A stretch of 64,000 nt of DNA from Escherichia coli (GTDB lineage: Bacteria > Pseudomonadota > Gammaproteobacteria > Enterobacterales > Enterobacteriaceae). Position 1 is the first letter of the stretch; each line of letters starts with the position of its first letter. The translations under genes were made by a program, and so were the position numbers. Under the pieces are notes generated by a model, which saw only the letters and a program-made list of their open reading frames with translations, did no database searches and was not told the origin of the DNA. Below, in pieces: positions 10,555-21,024 of this stretch. The stretch lies in the NCBI RefSeq assembly GCF_024223415.1, contig NZ_CP100500.1; one strand, written 5' to 3'.

Positions 10555-12786
10555 CTAGTTCTCTACCATCAACCGGGCAAGCTTGGCAAAAATCGAACAC
10601 TTGCTGCTTTCACCGCTCCTGAGCATATCCAGGGTAAAGCTATTGAGATAAACGCCAGTTAACGGGTGGCTAAATACATCTACGGCTTTGCCTTGGGCAT
10701 CCCATATCAGCAGATTTTCCACCAGGTTAGGCCGTGCAATAGTAGGATTTGTAGGCTGGGCATCGCTTACCAGAACAAATACACCATTCTCATGCGGTTG
10801 CAGATAAATATGGTGATGCTTCATCTTTTGCGCTTTGGTCAGCGAGTCGTATTTCGAGCGGCCAGGTGATATCAGATAGGGCAGTACGTTTTGATCCGGT
10901 TTTGCAGAGCGGGTGATGGCGTACCCGTTAAATTTATCCCCTTTACGCTCTGCCAGAGTTTTTTCTTGTTCCTGATAAGCGTATGAATCGACGATATTAA
11001 ATTGCGCCGGGCCAATCAGGCGCGGTACGCGGGAGCTGTTGTAGGTGGTAAGCAGGACATCTGCTGTGTGGTCGTAGAGATAGAAGCTTTTGTCGAATAA
11101 TTTCTTTAATCGTCCCAGAGAGGGGGGATCAACAGACAGATAGTCTAATTTACCTTCAGCGATCCCGGTATCAACCACCCTAAGTTGGCCGTGTTCTATT
11201 TTTAGTTCGACATATCCAAGCAGGGGGAGATAGCTTTTCGTTTTGCGTACTGCATAGGCGGTATAGTGCCCGTCCGCCAAATCTGGTAGTGGGATGTGAT
11301 GCTGATTGAGTAAGCTCTCTTTGAACCATAGCTCGGTTTTTGTTCGGCGAACCTTACTGTTAAGTAAGGTAACTGCTGACTTGAGACGACTGTGAGGCTT
11401 CGTAAGATCGATTTCGTATTGAGTAGGGTTGCTTGTCAATTGTTCATTAATAAAATCAATCGCATCCAACAACTTGTGATCAATATTCATACCCTGTAAG
11501 ACTACGGGCAGAGGTTGCTGATTTAGCCACCCTTGCAAACGATCTAGTTTAAGCTGGGTATAAGTATCCCAATTGAGTTCGGGTTGTTTTCGGGCGTCGG
11601 CAAAGGCCGCATAGAAATCATTGTACTCAACAGATTCATTATCTTGCTGGCGGATGCTGTTGCTCCGCTCTTCATCTACTGCATTGAGTACCAGAATAGA
11701 TGTACTGGCAGGCAGCTCAGAAAAGCCGGTTTGCTGAGAATGTTTAAGCGACGCCAGAGGCCAGAGTTGATACCCGGGGAACTGGATGGCTAATGTGTCA
11801 AAGAAATAAGCTTCTTGCGTGGCGCTAAATTCGACGCCGTTATTAACCACCAACAGCGTATTAGTCAGTTGTTGATCGAGGTCGGTAGCGAACTGATTGA
11901 CCTCGTGGGTGGCCTGAAATGCGATAGGCTGATGCGGGATCTCTAGTTCACTGAGCCGCTCGCAGGCGGCATTCATGACCACGTTATAGGTATAGGCCTG
12001 GCATTCACCATAGCCGCTGCGCTCACGAAAAAAGTCCAGTTTGCTATCCCGGGCATCGAGTTTGCGCCGGGCTTTGAGCCGACGATTATCGATGTTAAAC
12101 CACACGCAGGTATCGTCCAGAGAGAGATGCAATTCATCCTCCGGTTCGACCAGAAATTTTCGTTTGTGCAGGGTAAAGGCGAGTTCGTTATATTCTGATG
12201 CATAAATGTCGAGTTCGAATGCCTCCATCACTCCAGTGCCGCTTTTCTGCGTGACGGGCTGACTCAGGCGAGCGTTGAGATAGAACGTAGAGTTGAAGTA
12301 GGTTGGCGGTACCGAAAAGCGCTCGCTGGCTTGTTCCAGCATTACCATTTTCAAATGCAGACTGAACAATCCCTGAATCAGGCGAGATAAATCATAATTT
12401 TCAGCTGTGAGTCGCTGGCAAAGCGTTTCAATGCGTTCTGCCAAAGTCCGATGCGCTAGGCTGTTCGGTGCAGCAGCAGGCGCCAGGAAAAAAAAGACGT
12501 GATGGTAATTGGGTAAGCAATGCAGCTCATATTTTACTTCCTGTCCGGCCTCAAGCCCAAGCTTCTGCCGCACGCAAGTTTTTACCTCCTGATGAATTCG
12601 CGCATAGTAATCAGCGGATTTTTCTTTTCGCTCTTTAGTAAAGTGCTGAACCATAAAGTCTATCGTATAGATATTAGATACCGGGGCCAATAGACGCTGG
12701 ATTGTTGTCAGCTGATCTTCTTCAAGCTTGATCAAATTGGTACGGGCAATCGGAGTATCCGTCAGCTCATTCAGATTAGGGATCAT
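10555..12786 (-). CDS. Hypothetical 743-aa protein, last gene of the five-gene operon; no recognisable catalytic motif
   Basis: Long uninterrupted ORF; ATG overlaps stop of upstream gene in ATGA arrangement; no Walker, HKD, HNH or methyltransferase motifs seen by eye. Confidence 0.6.
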   Translation of the reverse strand: MIPNLNELTDTPIARTNLIKLEEDQLTTIQRLLAPVSNIYTIDFMVQHFTKERKEKSADYYARIHQEVKTCVRQKLGLEAGQEVKYELHCLPNYHHVFFFLAPAAAPNSLAHRTLAERIETLCQRLTAENYDLSRLIQGLFSLHLKMVMLEQASERFSVPPTYFNSTFYLNARLSQPVTQKSGTGVMEAFELDIYASEYNELAFTLHKRKFLVEPEDELHLSLDDTCVWFNIDNRRLKARRKLDARDSKLDFFRERSGYGECQAYTYNVVMNAACERLSELEIPHQPIAFQATHEVNQFATDLDQQLTNTLLVVNNGVEFSATQEAYFFDTLAIQFPGYQLWPLASLKHSQQTGFSELPASTSILVLNAVDEERSNSIRQQDNESVEYNDFYAAFADARKQPELNWDTYTQLKLDRLQGWLNQQPLPVVLQGMNIDHKLLDAIDFINEQLTSNPTQYEIDLTKPHSRLKSAVTLLNSKVRRTKTELWFKESLLNQHHIPLPDLADGHYTAYAVRKTKSYLPLLGYVELKIEHGQLRVVDTGIAEGKLDYLSVDPPSLGRLKKLFDKSFYLYDHTADVLLTTYNSSRVPRLIGPAQFNIVDSYAYQEQEKTLAERKGDKFNGYAITRSAKPDQNVLPYLISPGRSKYDSLTKAQKMKHHHIYLQPHENGVFVLVSDAQPTNPTIARPNLVENLLIWDAQGKAVDVFSHPLTGVYLNSFTLDMLRSGESSKCSIFAKLARLMVEN

Positions 12787-15700
12787 GATACTTTTCCTTT
12801 AGTCGGCAACTTTTCTACACCCAGCAGGGTTAGTAACATTGGGTTTATATCCAATGTCATGCGCAGTTTCGAGTTTTCCTGAGCGCGTCCGCTCTCTCGA
12901 TTTTTGGGCTGATAATACTGGTAGTCAGTTTGCAACAGGTTGAGGTAGTGGATCGTGTGATCCACATTATCCTGCCACATCAGATTATTAGGGTTCTGGC
13001 TGTAGGCGACGTTCAGATAGATAAATCGAATACGTTCATAACGGCCTGCCAGCGCCGTCTGGAGCTGTTTCTGCCCCTCAGTATCCGCCTTTTGGCTGGC
13101 GATATTACGGATCTGGCGAATCTTGTTGTCGCTTTTCTCAAGCGTTTCTTCTGCCCGCGTCAAATCGTCCAACTGTGTCGCCCAGCGCTTAACGTCGATG
13201 CAGAGCAGGTCGTCGCCCACTTCAATAAAGCGGTCAAAAAACTCATAGACCAGCGGTTCAAGGCGTTCAAACACCTGCTGGTCGGAGAGTGGGGTAACAC
13301 CATAACTTTTTAGCACTTTATCGAAGAGATATTCACCGACATTGCCTTTGAGCAACGGAACTAGCCTGGGGTTGGGTACCCATTTTTTGAATGCCTTTTC
13401 CTGGATGTTGTCACATTCACGAATCAACTCGCCGACCAGGTTGCCGGGGGTAAAATCGACATCGTTTCTATACTGCGGAAAGAGGGTGAGCTCTGGCCGG
13501 TACTCTCTTGCGCCGCCAGCGAAATCCGACAGGGCGGAATAATCTCTGTGGGCAAGTCCATCCGGGCCGCGTTTGTGGCAAAGTAAAATCGTTTGATTCC
13601 CTTGCTGACGATCGATAAACAGAGCGTCGTGAACAGATTGCATTTGTCGATTGGCGGTATACAAGGGATTAGCCTGGAGTTTTGCCAGCCAGCGCTGGGG
13701 ATCGGTAAAGGAGTCAGGATCGCGGAATAAATTACATATCTCGAGATAATCGAGATTGCCAGCGCGTACCTTATTAATCCAGTCGGTTTTAAGGACACGT
13801 TTGTGAATTTCATCGATGCGGCGACCATTCGCGACGATAGCTTGCTCAAACGTCAGTCGCTGTTCCGCATTATTGAATGACTGGCCCTGACTCAGCTTTT
13901 CGCACTCCTCCATGAGTCGGTGGTTAAGCAAAGACATACTTTCTGATACCACCTCGTTACCGCTATCTTCACTAAGAGCGGCGAACTGAAATGCAACATT
14001 ACGGAACACATCGCGGGGTAAAAAGATTTCTGTTTTCAATAGAGTGTCGCGACGCTCGACTCGCCCTACGGCCTGCACGACGACTTTGAATAAGCTCATA
14101 TCATGTTCGGCCATTAACAGGCGATAGTTTTCGCCGTGGGCGAAATTAACGTTGAAATCGGCCAGCTTGTGGACGGTAATATCGTCATCGGCGTAGTGTT
14201 TAAGCACGGTAACGTAGTTAGGTAATGTATTGAGGTTGCCGCTGTTGTCCTTTACTTCGCTGTAAAACGAGGAGTTGATGAGCACTAAGCGCTCAAAATC
14301 GACATCCAGACGTGGTGCATTGATATCATTAATATCGCCGTCATGGTATTTAACAAAGTAGTTGAGGCCGGTACCCGCACTTTTATAACTGCTCATAAAT
14401 ACCAGTACGGTATTGCTGTTCTGGAGATAGGTTTCTTGCCTGATATCTTCGACATTAGCCAGTGGTGAATCGAAAAAGACCAAATGGACGGTGTGACGCC
14501 CTTTGAATGGGGTAAAGGTCAGGATCTGGTCATGTTTCTTACCGTTATCCGTTTTTTCATCGCACCGGGAGTGCATACCGTACTGCTGACGCCAGGTTGT
14601 CTGGTGCGTGCGCCAGGCGCTGATAAAGGCCCGCTTAAACGTCCCTGAAAGTGACAGAATCAGGCTGTTTTTACCCTCCCAGGCGGCAAGCAGTAACGCT
14701 TCCAGTTCCCGCTGGCACTGACGCCGTTTATAGGTATTTTTCAGGTCGTATTCCAGCGGTTTCTTCAGCGCGTCGAAAAAGTTGTCATACGTCCTGCGAT
14801 AGATTTCACAATTTTGGTAGATATCGGTCAATTTTAACTGCTTATCATCGAACACCCTGAAGTCTACGTTGCGGATACTGGCCCTCAACCCGCGTAATGC
14901 CTTAAGCGTATCGATATCTGCCTTTTCGCGTTCAACGACCCGGTAGCCAAGGTCGCGGCTATAGTGCGCCAGGAAGTGACGATTGAAGTTACCGTTTTTG
15001 GTGTGGCTAAAACCGCTGGTGGCGCTAAGCCCAATTACTTTATTGTGCGTGCCGGTTAATAAACGCAGCAGCATGGCTTCAGGCAACTCTTGTACCAGAT
15101 CCATCTCGAACGCCAGAATAATTGTGCGCTCGGCTCCCCTGTTCACGTAATTGAGTTCAGCTATCGGCGTCATCGTGAATACGGTTTTGGGTTGCAGGTA
15201 AGTGTAGAAATGATCAATCAACAAGTTTTTATCGGTGGTGCGATCGAAGATATGTCGCACCACGCCGGCTACGTTATTGGCTGCGTCAACAAACTGGCCC
15301 AAAGGCGTATTCTGGCTGCTGGAGTTGTCCTGGCCACCATTCTTTACCCAGCGCTTAAAGTGCCGGTTGGTGATTTCAGAACAGGCGGCGAGGATGACGG
15401 AGACCAACTGGAACAGATCGTGCAGAGTGGGGTTGGTGTCATTGGCATCATTTTCGACTTCGTAATACAGTTCGGTGCGCGTTATGTCGCCTTCGCTGTT
15501 GCGCATGCGAATGCGTTTCAGCCCTTCTTCATTGACGTACATTTTGGGGTTAAAGCTGAATACGTTGCGGGTGATTGAGATGATGCGTTCGGCGGCGTCG
15601 CCGTTGACTTCAAATGCCCCTAACTGGTCACGAAACATCTCCAGGATCGATCCCAGCCTTGTACCGGGGGATAGTTCGCACTTTTCCGCCAGTAAATTGC

Positions 15701-17498
15701 GCAGAGTAGTGATGAATTTGACCATCTCTTGCTCAAAGGTCGTTTGCGCTTCTTTGGGCTTGTTTCGGCGTTCTAAGCTGAGTACCGCGTTGTGAATACG
15801 TCCTGCGACGGAAATAACGTGCGCCAGGTTATTTTCCTGTGTGATTAGCTTTACATGGCATGTTTCTTCAAGGCGAGTGTAGGCTTCATGTAGTTCATCA
15901 ATGATCACCGTAAAACGAATATTTTTCTGGCGAAAAGGACAATCTGGATTGCGTCTGAAGTGTTCGTCGCGAAGATAGGTAACCTGCCCGGTATGACCGG
16001 CTGCCGCAACGGTGCTAATCTGTGGATCTTTGGGAGTCAGCTTACCGCCAATCAGCAAGTCGAAACCTACGGACTCAAAACGCACACCTTCGCCTCGCTG
16101 ACGAGGCGCCAGTCGGTAAGTTGATGTGTCGAACTTATTCGTGGTCATTAATAGCACTGACGGGCGGTACTGGCAAACTTCGAAAGGCAATACCTGTTTG
16201 ATAAGCTCGAAATAGACTTCGTGTACGCTTATCTTAGGTTCAAGCTTTCCTGGTTTTCGTGCTGTCTCCGCGTTTTGCATTCGCTCTTGCCGCGCCTGGA
16301 GCCCGCGACGAATGTACTCTTTAATGGAAGCTTTTTCACTATCTGGTCCAAATAGTAATTTACAGGCTGACTCAATCGTATTGCGGATACTGTGACGGCA
16401 GTTTTTTAGCTGTTCTTCGAGAATTTCTCTTTCGTAGTTGGTATCCTGAGAACCGTATGTTGTCAGCTTTTTTAACTGCTCTTCACAGCGATCAATTTGT
16501 AAGACATGATAATTGAGCGAACGAATAGCGCCGCCGATATATTTGCTGCCTTTCGCCCCTTCGTACCACTGAATATAGCTGTCGCGGTTTTTCAGACCAG
16601 AGGCCCAGTCCATAAAGTCGAGGTCGGCAACATCCTTACGGGAGAGAACGCAAATGAACTCGCCGCTAGCGGCCAGAATTTTCTCTTTCTGACTGCTGTC
16701 CAGGTCGATTTGTGATTTTTGCGGTGACATGAATAGCAGGTTGGTAAAGCCACCTTCAGGAAACAGATCGTCTGACTTTTGGGTTTTGGCGAAGCGCTCC
16801 AGATATTCGACATACCCTTGGATCACGCCATAGCTTTTGCCGAACCCCGTGCCGTCGGAACTGAAGATGACCTCAGCGCCATCACGTTCATGCACGTGGT
16901 AAAGTTGAGAGACTTGGGCGCGACAGGCGTTAATCTCTTTAATCAGCGTTATGTCAGGAATTTGCCTAGAGATGAGATCTTGCAGATTATTATTGATATT
17001 TTTCTCTCCAACACGCTCACACTTGCGGTAACTATTGATGGTTATTTGGCCGCTGTCGATCAGAATCTTTTCCACCTGTATGGGGGCAAGATGCAAGGCT
17101 GTCGCGATTTCATTGATAGTATTGGACAGTGGTTCGTGTGGATTGCTAATCGTGAAGTGGTTTAGTGCTGCCGCAACGGTATCTGGATGCAATGCTTTTC
17201 TGAGGGTGGGAAAGGTGAGGCTGTAATCGTATAGCGCCAAATCATTGCTTATCAGGCAGCGAAACAGTTGTTTAGTGGGATCGCCACCAGGACGGCTGGC
17301 AAATCCCAAGATTTTTGCCTGTTCGAGGCGATAAAGCAATGCTGCGGCATCGCGGTCAGGTGAGTCAAATGCATCGTGGAGCTGCTGGCTAAATGGCATT
17401 GTGGCATTCAGCCGGTTATGGCTGACCAGCGCGGAAAAGAGCTGACGCACCAAGGTTAGCAGCTTACAATCTTCCTCTATAGTCCAGCTTTTTCTCAT
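12783..17498 (-). CDS. Large SF2-type helicase-like ATPase (~1571 aa from preferred start; ORF track start 17534) with unusually long inter-motif insertions
   Basis: Walker A DGTGFGKSYG, Walker B IIDELHE, motif III LSATSG, motif VI QAVGRVERR spread over ~930 aa; strong SD (AAGGGGAAGAAGA) before ATG at 17498, 11 nt after upstream stop. Confidence 0.6.
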   Translation of the reverse strand: MRKSWTIEEDCKLLTLVRQLFSALVSHNRLNATMPFSQQLHDAFDSPDRDAAALLYRLEQAKILGFASRPGGDPTKQLFRCLISNDLALYDYSLTFPTLRKALHPDTVAAALNHFTISNPHEPLSNTINEIATALHLAPIQVEKILIDSGQITINSYRKCERVGEKNINNNLQDLISRQIPDITLIKEINACRAQVSQLYHVHERDGAEVIFSSDGTGFGKSYGVIQGYVEYLERFAKTQKSDDLFPEGGFTNLLFMSPQKSQIDLDSSQKEKILAASGEFICVLSRKDVADLDFMDWASGLKNRDSYIQWYEGAKGSKYIGGAIRSLNYHVLQIDRCEEQLKKLTTYGSQDTNYEREILEEQLKNCRHSIRNTIESACKLLFGPDSEKASIKEYIRRGLQARQERMQNAETARKPGKLEPKISVHEVYFELIKQVLPFEVCQYRPSVLLMTTNKFDTSTYRLAPRQRGEGVRFESVGFDLLIGGKLTPKDPQISTVAAAGHTGQVTYLRDEHFRRNPDCPFRQKNIRFTVIIDELHEAYTRLEETCHVKLITQENNLAHVISVAGRIHNAVLSLERRNKPKEAQTTFEQEMVKFITTLRNLLAEKCELSPGTRLGSILEMFRDQLGAFEVNGDAAERIISITRNVFSFNPKMYVNEEGLKRIRMRNSEGDITRTELYYEVENDANDTNPTLHDLFQLVSVILAACSEITNRHFKRWVKNGGQDNSSSQNTPLGQFVDAANNVAGVVRHIFDRTTDKNLLIDHFYTYLQPKTVFTMTPIAELNYVNRGAERTIILAFEMDLVQELPEAMLLRLLTGTHNKVIGLSATSGFSHTKNGNFNRHFLAHYSRDLGYRVVEREKADIDTLKALRGLRASIRNVDFRVFDDKQLKLTDIYQNCEIYRRTYDNFFDALKKPLEYDLKNTYKRRQCQRELEALLLAAWEGKNSLILSLSGTFKRAFISAWRTHQTTWRQQYGMHSRCDEKTDNGKKHDQILTFTPFKGRHTVHLVFFDSPLANVEDIRQETYLQNSNTVLVFMSSYKSAGTGLNYFVKYHDGDINDINAPRLDVDFERLVLINSSFYSEVKDNSGNLNTLPNYVTVLKHYADDDITVHKLADFNVNFAHGENYRLLMAEHDMSLFKVVVQAVGRVERRDTLLKTEIFLPRDVFRNVAFQFAALSEDSGNEVVSESMSLLNHRLMEECEKLSQGQSFNNAEQRLTFEQAIVANGRRIDEIHKRVLKTDWINKVRAGNLDYLEICNLFRDPDSFTDPQRWLAKLQANPLYTANRQMQSVHDALFIDRQQGNQTILLCHKRGPDGLAHRDYSALSDFAGGAREYRPELTLFPQYRNDVDFTPGNLVGELIRECDNIQEKAFKKWVPNPRLVPLLKGNVGEYLFDKVLKSYGVTPLSDQQVFERLEPLVYEFFDRFIEVGDDLLCIDVKRWATQLDDLTRAEETLEKSDNKIRQIRNIASQKADTEGQKQLQTALAGRYERIRFIYLNVAYSQNPNNLMWQDNVDHTIHYLNLLQTDYQYYQPKNRESGRAQENSKLRMTLDINPMLLTLLGVEKLPTKGKVS

Positions 17499-17509
17499 TC
17501 TTCTTCCCC

Positions 17510-19708
17510 TTAATATAAATGCCCCTGCAACCACTCCGTCACGCGTTCAATATTAAAAGCACGTAATCCATATTCCTGCGTCAGCAACGTCTCGGGTAAA
17601 TACTCATCATATTTTTCGAGGCACTTTTCAACGATGCTTTCGGCAAGACGGGATTCGTAAGGTAGCCCTTCCTGAAGTGCGCTGAATAACGCTTGTTTAA
17701 CCTCCGAGACCGTAGTTTTTTCTACTTCAACCACACCAGCAAATGAGCCCGCCTTGAAACCGCGTTGGATAAGTAATGCCGACAACGTGTTTACGGTTTG
17801 ATCGCCTAGCCAGGGAAGAATGTAGACATGCTGTCTCTGCTGAATAAAACATTCCGAAGCCAGATTATTGTTGCGAAAACAGTGCAGCCCTTCATCAAAC
17901 AGGTTTTTGGCCGTGGTATCGGCAAAATCGGCCTTGCGATTGCCAACGGTGATGCGGTAGTCGCCTTCCCGATAAATAGTGAGCATTTCTTGGCGGACGA
18001 CATCATGAATGGACATCCCTTGTCCGCCAAATAACGGCGGCTGCCCACCCTTTGTCGCCTCGACATAAATAACTTTTTTATCACTATCGATATCGGTTAC
18101 CTTCCAGCGTCGACCGCCGAAAATAATGTGTTGATCAGGCATCAGTGGGGAATCAACGGGAATGGAGCCCAGTGTTTTGCTCCCCGCCACAATGCGAAAC
18201 TCTTCCGGCGTGCTGAACACGGCGTAGAAGGTGTATTGATTTACCTGACGTTCGCCCTCGACGCCCAGAACCAGTTCGCCGCTTGAGAGCTGGGTCAGAA
18301 ACTGGTGCTCCCCCATATGTTTCAATAACGTTTTGAAGTCATAGATCCGGACTTTCTGAAATGGCCCTTGCAGGCATAGCTGTGACCAGATCTGATCCGC
18401 ACGCACGCCTCCCCACTGCGCCACGATCGCCAGGATCTGATGGAACAGGGTGGAATAGTGCATCTGCCGGGTATCAGCTGGCTCAAACCATTTGTTGCCG
18501 ATAAGTAAGCGGATCATGGCCAGCGACTGAACAAGCTGAAGCCTGAGCTGGTCGACAATGCCTGATGTTGGCGTCAGTTCATGTTCGGCAATCAGCATTC
18601 TCAATACGGCAGGCGAGTCGCGCCGACCGGAGCGTCCCATTCGCTGACGCAGGCTGGCTACGGAATGGGGGGCGGTAACTTGCACAACGGAGCTGACTTT
18701 ACCGATGTCGATGCCAAGCTCTAACGTCATCGTACAGATGGCGGTGGTGGGTAAGTTGCCTTGTTGAAGCCTCTGTTCCAGCGTTTCACGCAGATCTCTG
18801 GACAGAGATCCGTGATGGGGAAAGAACTCATTGGGAACGATGCTCGCTTCACTGAGATCGCTAAGCGTGGCGGCAATGCTTTCGGTCCGTTTGCGACTAT
18901 TAGCGAACACCAGATGGGAATCACCACGACAGAGGCGAAAGATATCATGGCAGATTTGCGTCTCTGCCGACGGTGGAGATTGCTGGCCCGAGGTGGTCAG
19001 CGGTTCCAGATAACCTTTCACCTGTACTTTTAGCGTGGCGTGAGTCTGACTGTCGGTAATAATGTCACAGGGCAGACGTTGATTTGGCCGCAGAGATAAC
19101 GGCACCTGTTCCAGTTCCCCCAGCGTTGCGCTGAGTGCGACTCGGGGGACTGGATTGTTGATTCTTCCCAGCAGGTGATCGACTCGATTTAACAGAGAGA
19201 GAAGCTGCATACCCCGCTCAGAACCGATGAAAGCATGGAATTCATCAATGGCGATATATGCCAGTGGCGCGAAAGCCTGCTTTAACCATCCCGCATTGCG
19301 GATCAGCATCGCTTCCAGCGATTCCGGGGTGATAAGCAAAATACCGGCAGGATTCTTCTTTGCTTTCAGCTTTTTGCTCTGCGCAACATCACCATGCCAG
19401 GGCGTGACCGGCATCTCCAACGCATCACCGAGGTTTTCCAGCCTTCGATACTGATCGTTAATCAGGGCCTTAAGCGGGCTGATGTATAAAATGCCAAAGC
19501 CGCCCTGAATATCCGCAATGGCAGAACAGGCGGGCAGGAAAAACGCTTCTGTTTTACCTGCGGCAGTCGCGGCGCTGATCAGAACATCCCGATCGCCCGC
19601 TAATATCGGTGAAACGGATTTTTTTTGCAGTTCCCTGAGATCGGCCCATCCCTGCCGGTATATCCACTTCTGTATCCGTGGATCCAGCCGCTGGTATTCG
19701 TTCATCAT
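17510..19708 (-). CDS. DEAD/DEAH-box (Lhr-like) helicase; SngC-like
   Basis: Motif I AATAAGKTEA, motif II DEFH, SAT motif, motif VI RQRMGRSGRR; ATGA overlap with upstream ATPase gene. Confidence 0.65.
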   Translation of the reverse strand: MMNEYQRLDPRIQKWIYRQGWADLRELQKKSVSPILAGDRDVLISAATAAGKTEAFFLPACSAIADIQGGFGILYISPLKALINDQYRRLENLGDALEMPVTPWHGDVAQSKKLKAKKNPAGILLITPESLEAMLIRNAGWLKQAFAPLAYIAIDEFHAFIGSERGMQLLSLLNRVDHLLGRINNPVPRVALSATLGELEQVPLSLRPNQRLPCDIITDSQTHATLKVQVKGYLEPLTTSGQQSPPSAETQICHDIFRLCRGDSHLVFANSRKRTESIAATLSDLSEASIVPNEFFPHHGSLSRDLRETLEQRLQQGNLPTTAICTMTLELGIDIGKVSSVVQVTAPHSVASLRQRMGRSGRRDSPAVLRMLIAEHELTPTSGIVDQLRLQLVQSLAMIRLLIGNKWFEPADTRQMHYSTLFHQILAIVAQWGGVRADQIWSQLCLQGPFQKVRIYDFKTLLKHMGEHQFLTQLSSGELVLGVEGERQVNQYTFYAVFSTPEEFRIVAGSKTLGSIPVDSPLMPDQHIIFGGRRWKVTDIDSDKKVIYVEATKGGQPPLFGGQGMSIHDVVRQEMLTIYREGDYRITVGNRKADFADTTAKNLFDEGLHCFRNNNLASECFIQQRQHVYILPWLGDQTVNTLSALLIQRGFKAGSFAGVVEVEKTTVSEVKQALFSALQEGLPYESRLAESIVEKCLEKYDEYLPETLLTQEYGLRAFNIERVTEWLQGHLY

Positions 19709-21021
19709 AATCTGAAGTCGGCCAGACCGTCCTCATCGGCATCTTCTGCCGATGTTATTTCATCCATATCACTGGGTTTTTCTTCCGCGATCGCGACACC
19801 GGCGATTAACTGTGACCACTGAATGGATGGGTTTTGTTCCAGCACGGCCAGCATATCCAGGAAGGCTTTAATCGTGTTTCGTGGCGTACGGAAATAGGCA
19901 TCGCCAATAGTGTTGCTACAGTGGCGTAAAAATGCCGTCAGAGCATCATCAGGAACCAGATACTTATCCGCATCGCCGCCGGAATAAACGTGACGAAGGT
20001 TTTTCAACAGAATATAGAGTTCTTCCGGCGTCAGGCTGGCTAAGTGCAGGGAAGGGGACGAATAATCAATGACACCAGCCCGCTGAGCGAAGCTATTTTC
20101 CGCCAGTCGGGACTGGAGCGCTTCGTAGCTGTACAACCCCTTGCGCGGATCGAACAGGAATTCTGGCGTACCGCCAAGTAAAAAACCGATATATTCAGCC
20201 GTCCCTTGCAGGCAGTCATTCAGAATACGCAGTATCTGTTCATAGTTGGCAACGCGGGCCTGAGTGTTACTGAGCTTATACAGATTGACCATCTCATCCA
20301 GATTCACCAGCAGACCCGCGTATCCGGCCTGACGGACAAACAGGCTCATCAGCTTTAGCGAATCGTAGAAAGAGGCATCAGAAATAATGGTGCGCACACC
20401 CAGATCGTTACGGGCGTCGGTTTTCGTGGTGTATTCACCTCTTAGCCAGCGGATGGCATTTGATTTCAATGTCTCATTATCCTGCTCGTGGCCCTGCCAG
20501 TAACATTCAATGACTTTGGCGAAATCGTAACCGCCAACCATATCAGACAGGGCGGCGAGCTTTTGGTGAATAATCGTCGGAACTGACACATTTGTACTTT
20601 CTGCTTCTTTTCTGGCTTCCGTGATAAAGCGCTCAACCACGCTTAATAATGCGTTTCCATCCGGCTTATTTCGGGTGGATAGATTTTTCATTAGCTCGGA
20701 GTAGAGGTTACGCGCCTGCCCACCCGTCGCGTGGATGCGCCTGTCCGGGGATAAATCGGCGCTGATTGTCACCAGCTTTTTTTCTAGCGCAATTGAGCGC
20801 ACAACGCTTAAAAAGAATGTCTTACCTGAGCCATATTCCCCAATAATCAGCCGGAGTCCTGCGCCGCCATCAGCGATACGCTCAATATCCTGATACAGCG
20901 CTTTTATTTCGTTGACCCGGCCAACCTGAATGTGCTGAATACCAATTTTAGGCGTAACACCTGACTTCAGTGACTGAATAATAGCGTCTCTTTCTTTGAG
21001 ACGAATACGAATGCCAGACAT
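19705..21021 (-). CDS. P-loop ATPase (438 aa); SngB-like
   Basis: Walker A GEYGSGKTF, Walker B-like LLVNLDEM; 3 nt after stop of TerB-domain gene. Confidence 0.6.
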   Translation of the reverse strand: MSGIRIRLKERDAIIQSLKSGVTPKIGIQHIQVGRVNEIKALYQDIERIADGGAGLRLIIGEYGSGKTFFLSVVRSIALEKKLVTISADLSPDRRIHATGGQARNLYSELMKNLSTRNKPDGNALLSVVERFITEARKEAESTNVSVPTIIHQKLAALSDMVGGYDFAKVIECYWQGHEQDNETLKSNAIRWLRGEYTTKTDARNDLGVRTIISDASFYDSLKLMSLFVRQAGYAGLLVNLDEMVNLYKLSNTQARVANYEQILRILNDCLQGTAEYIGFLLGGTPEFLFDPRKGLYSYEALQSRLAENSFAQRAGVIDYSSPSLHLASLTPEELYILLKNLRHVYSGGDADKYLVPDDALTAFLRHCSNTIGDAYFRTPRNTIKAFLDMLAVLEQNPSIQWSQLIAGVAIAEEKPSDMDEITSAEDADEDGLADFRL

Positions 21022-21024
21022 AAA

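Noticed and set aside
13424-16813. Multiple 60-160-aa ORFs on both strands inside the 1571-aa ATPase gene (e.g. 13424..13849, 15090..15578, 16779..17165)
   Set aside because: Nested within a long continuous ORF that carries ordered helicase motifs; no independent support.
12783-17498. Assignment of the giant ATPase to BREX (PglX/BrxC), DISARM (DrmA) or Druantia (DruE)
   Set aside because: No methyltransferase NPPY-type motif, no accompanying PglZ/PLD/methylase genes, no Cys-cluster typical of DUF1998 partners in the neighbouring 743-aa protein, and gene order differs; I cannot support any of these names from sequence alone.
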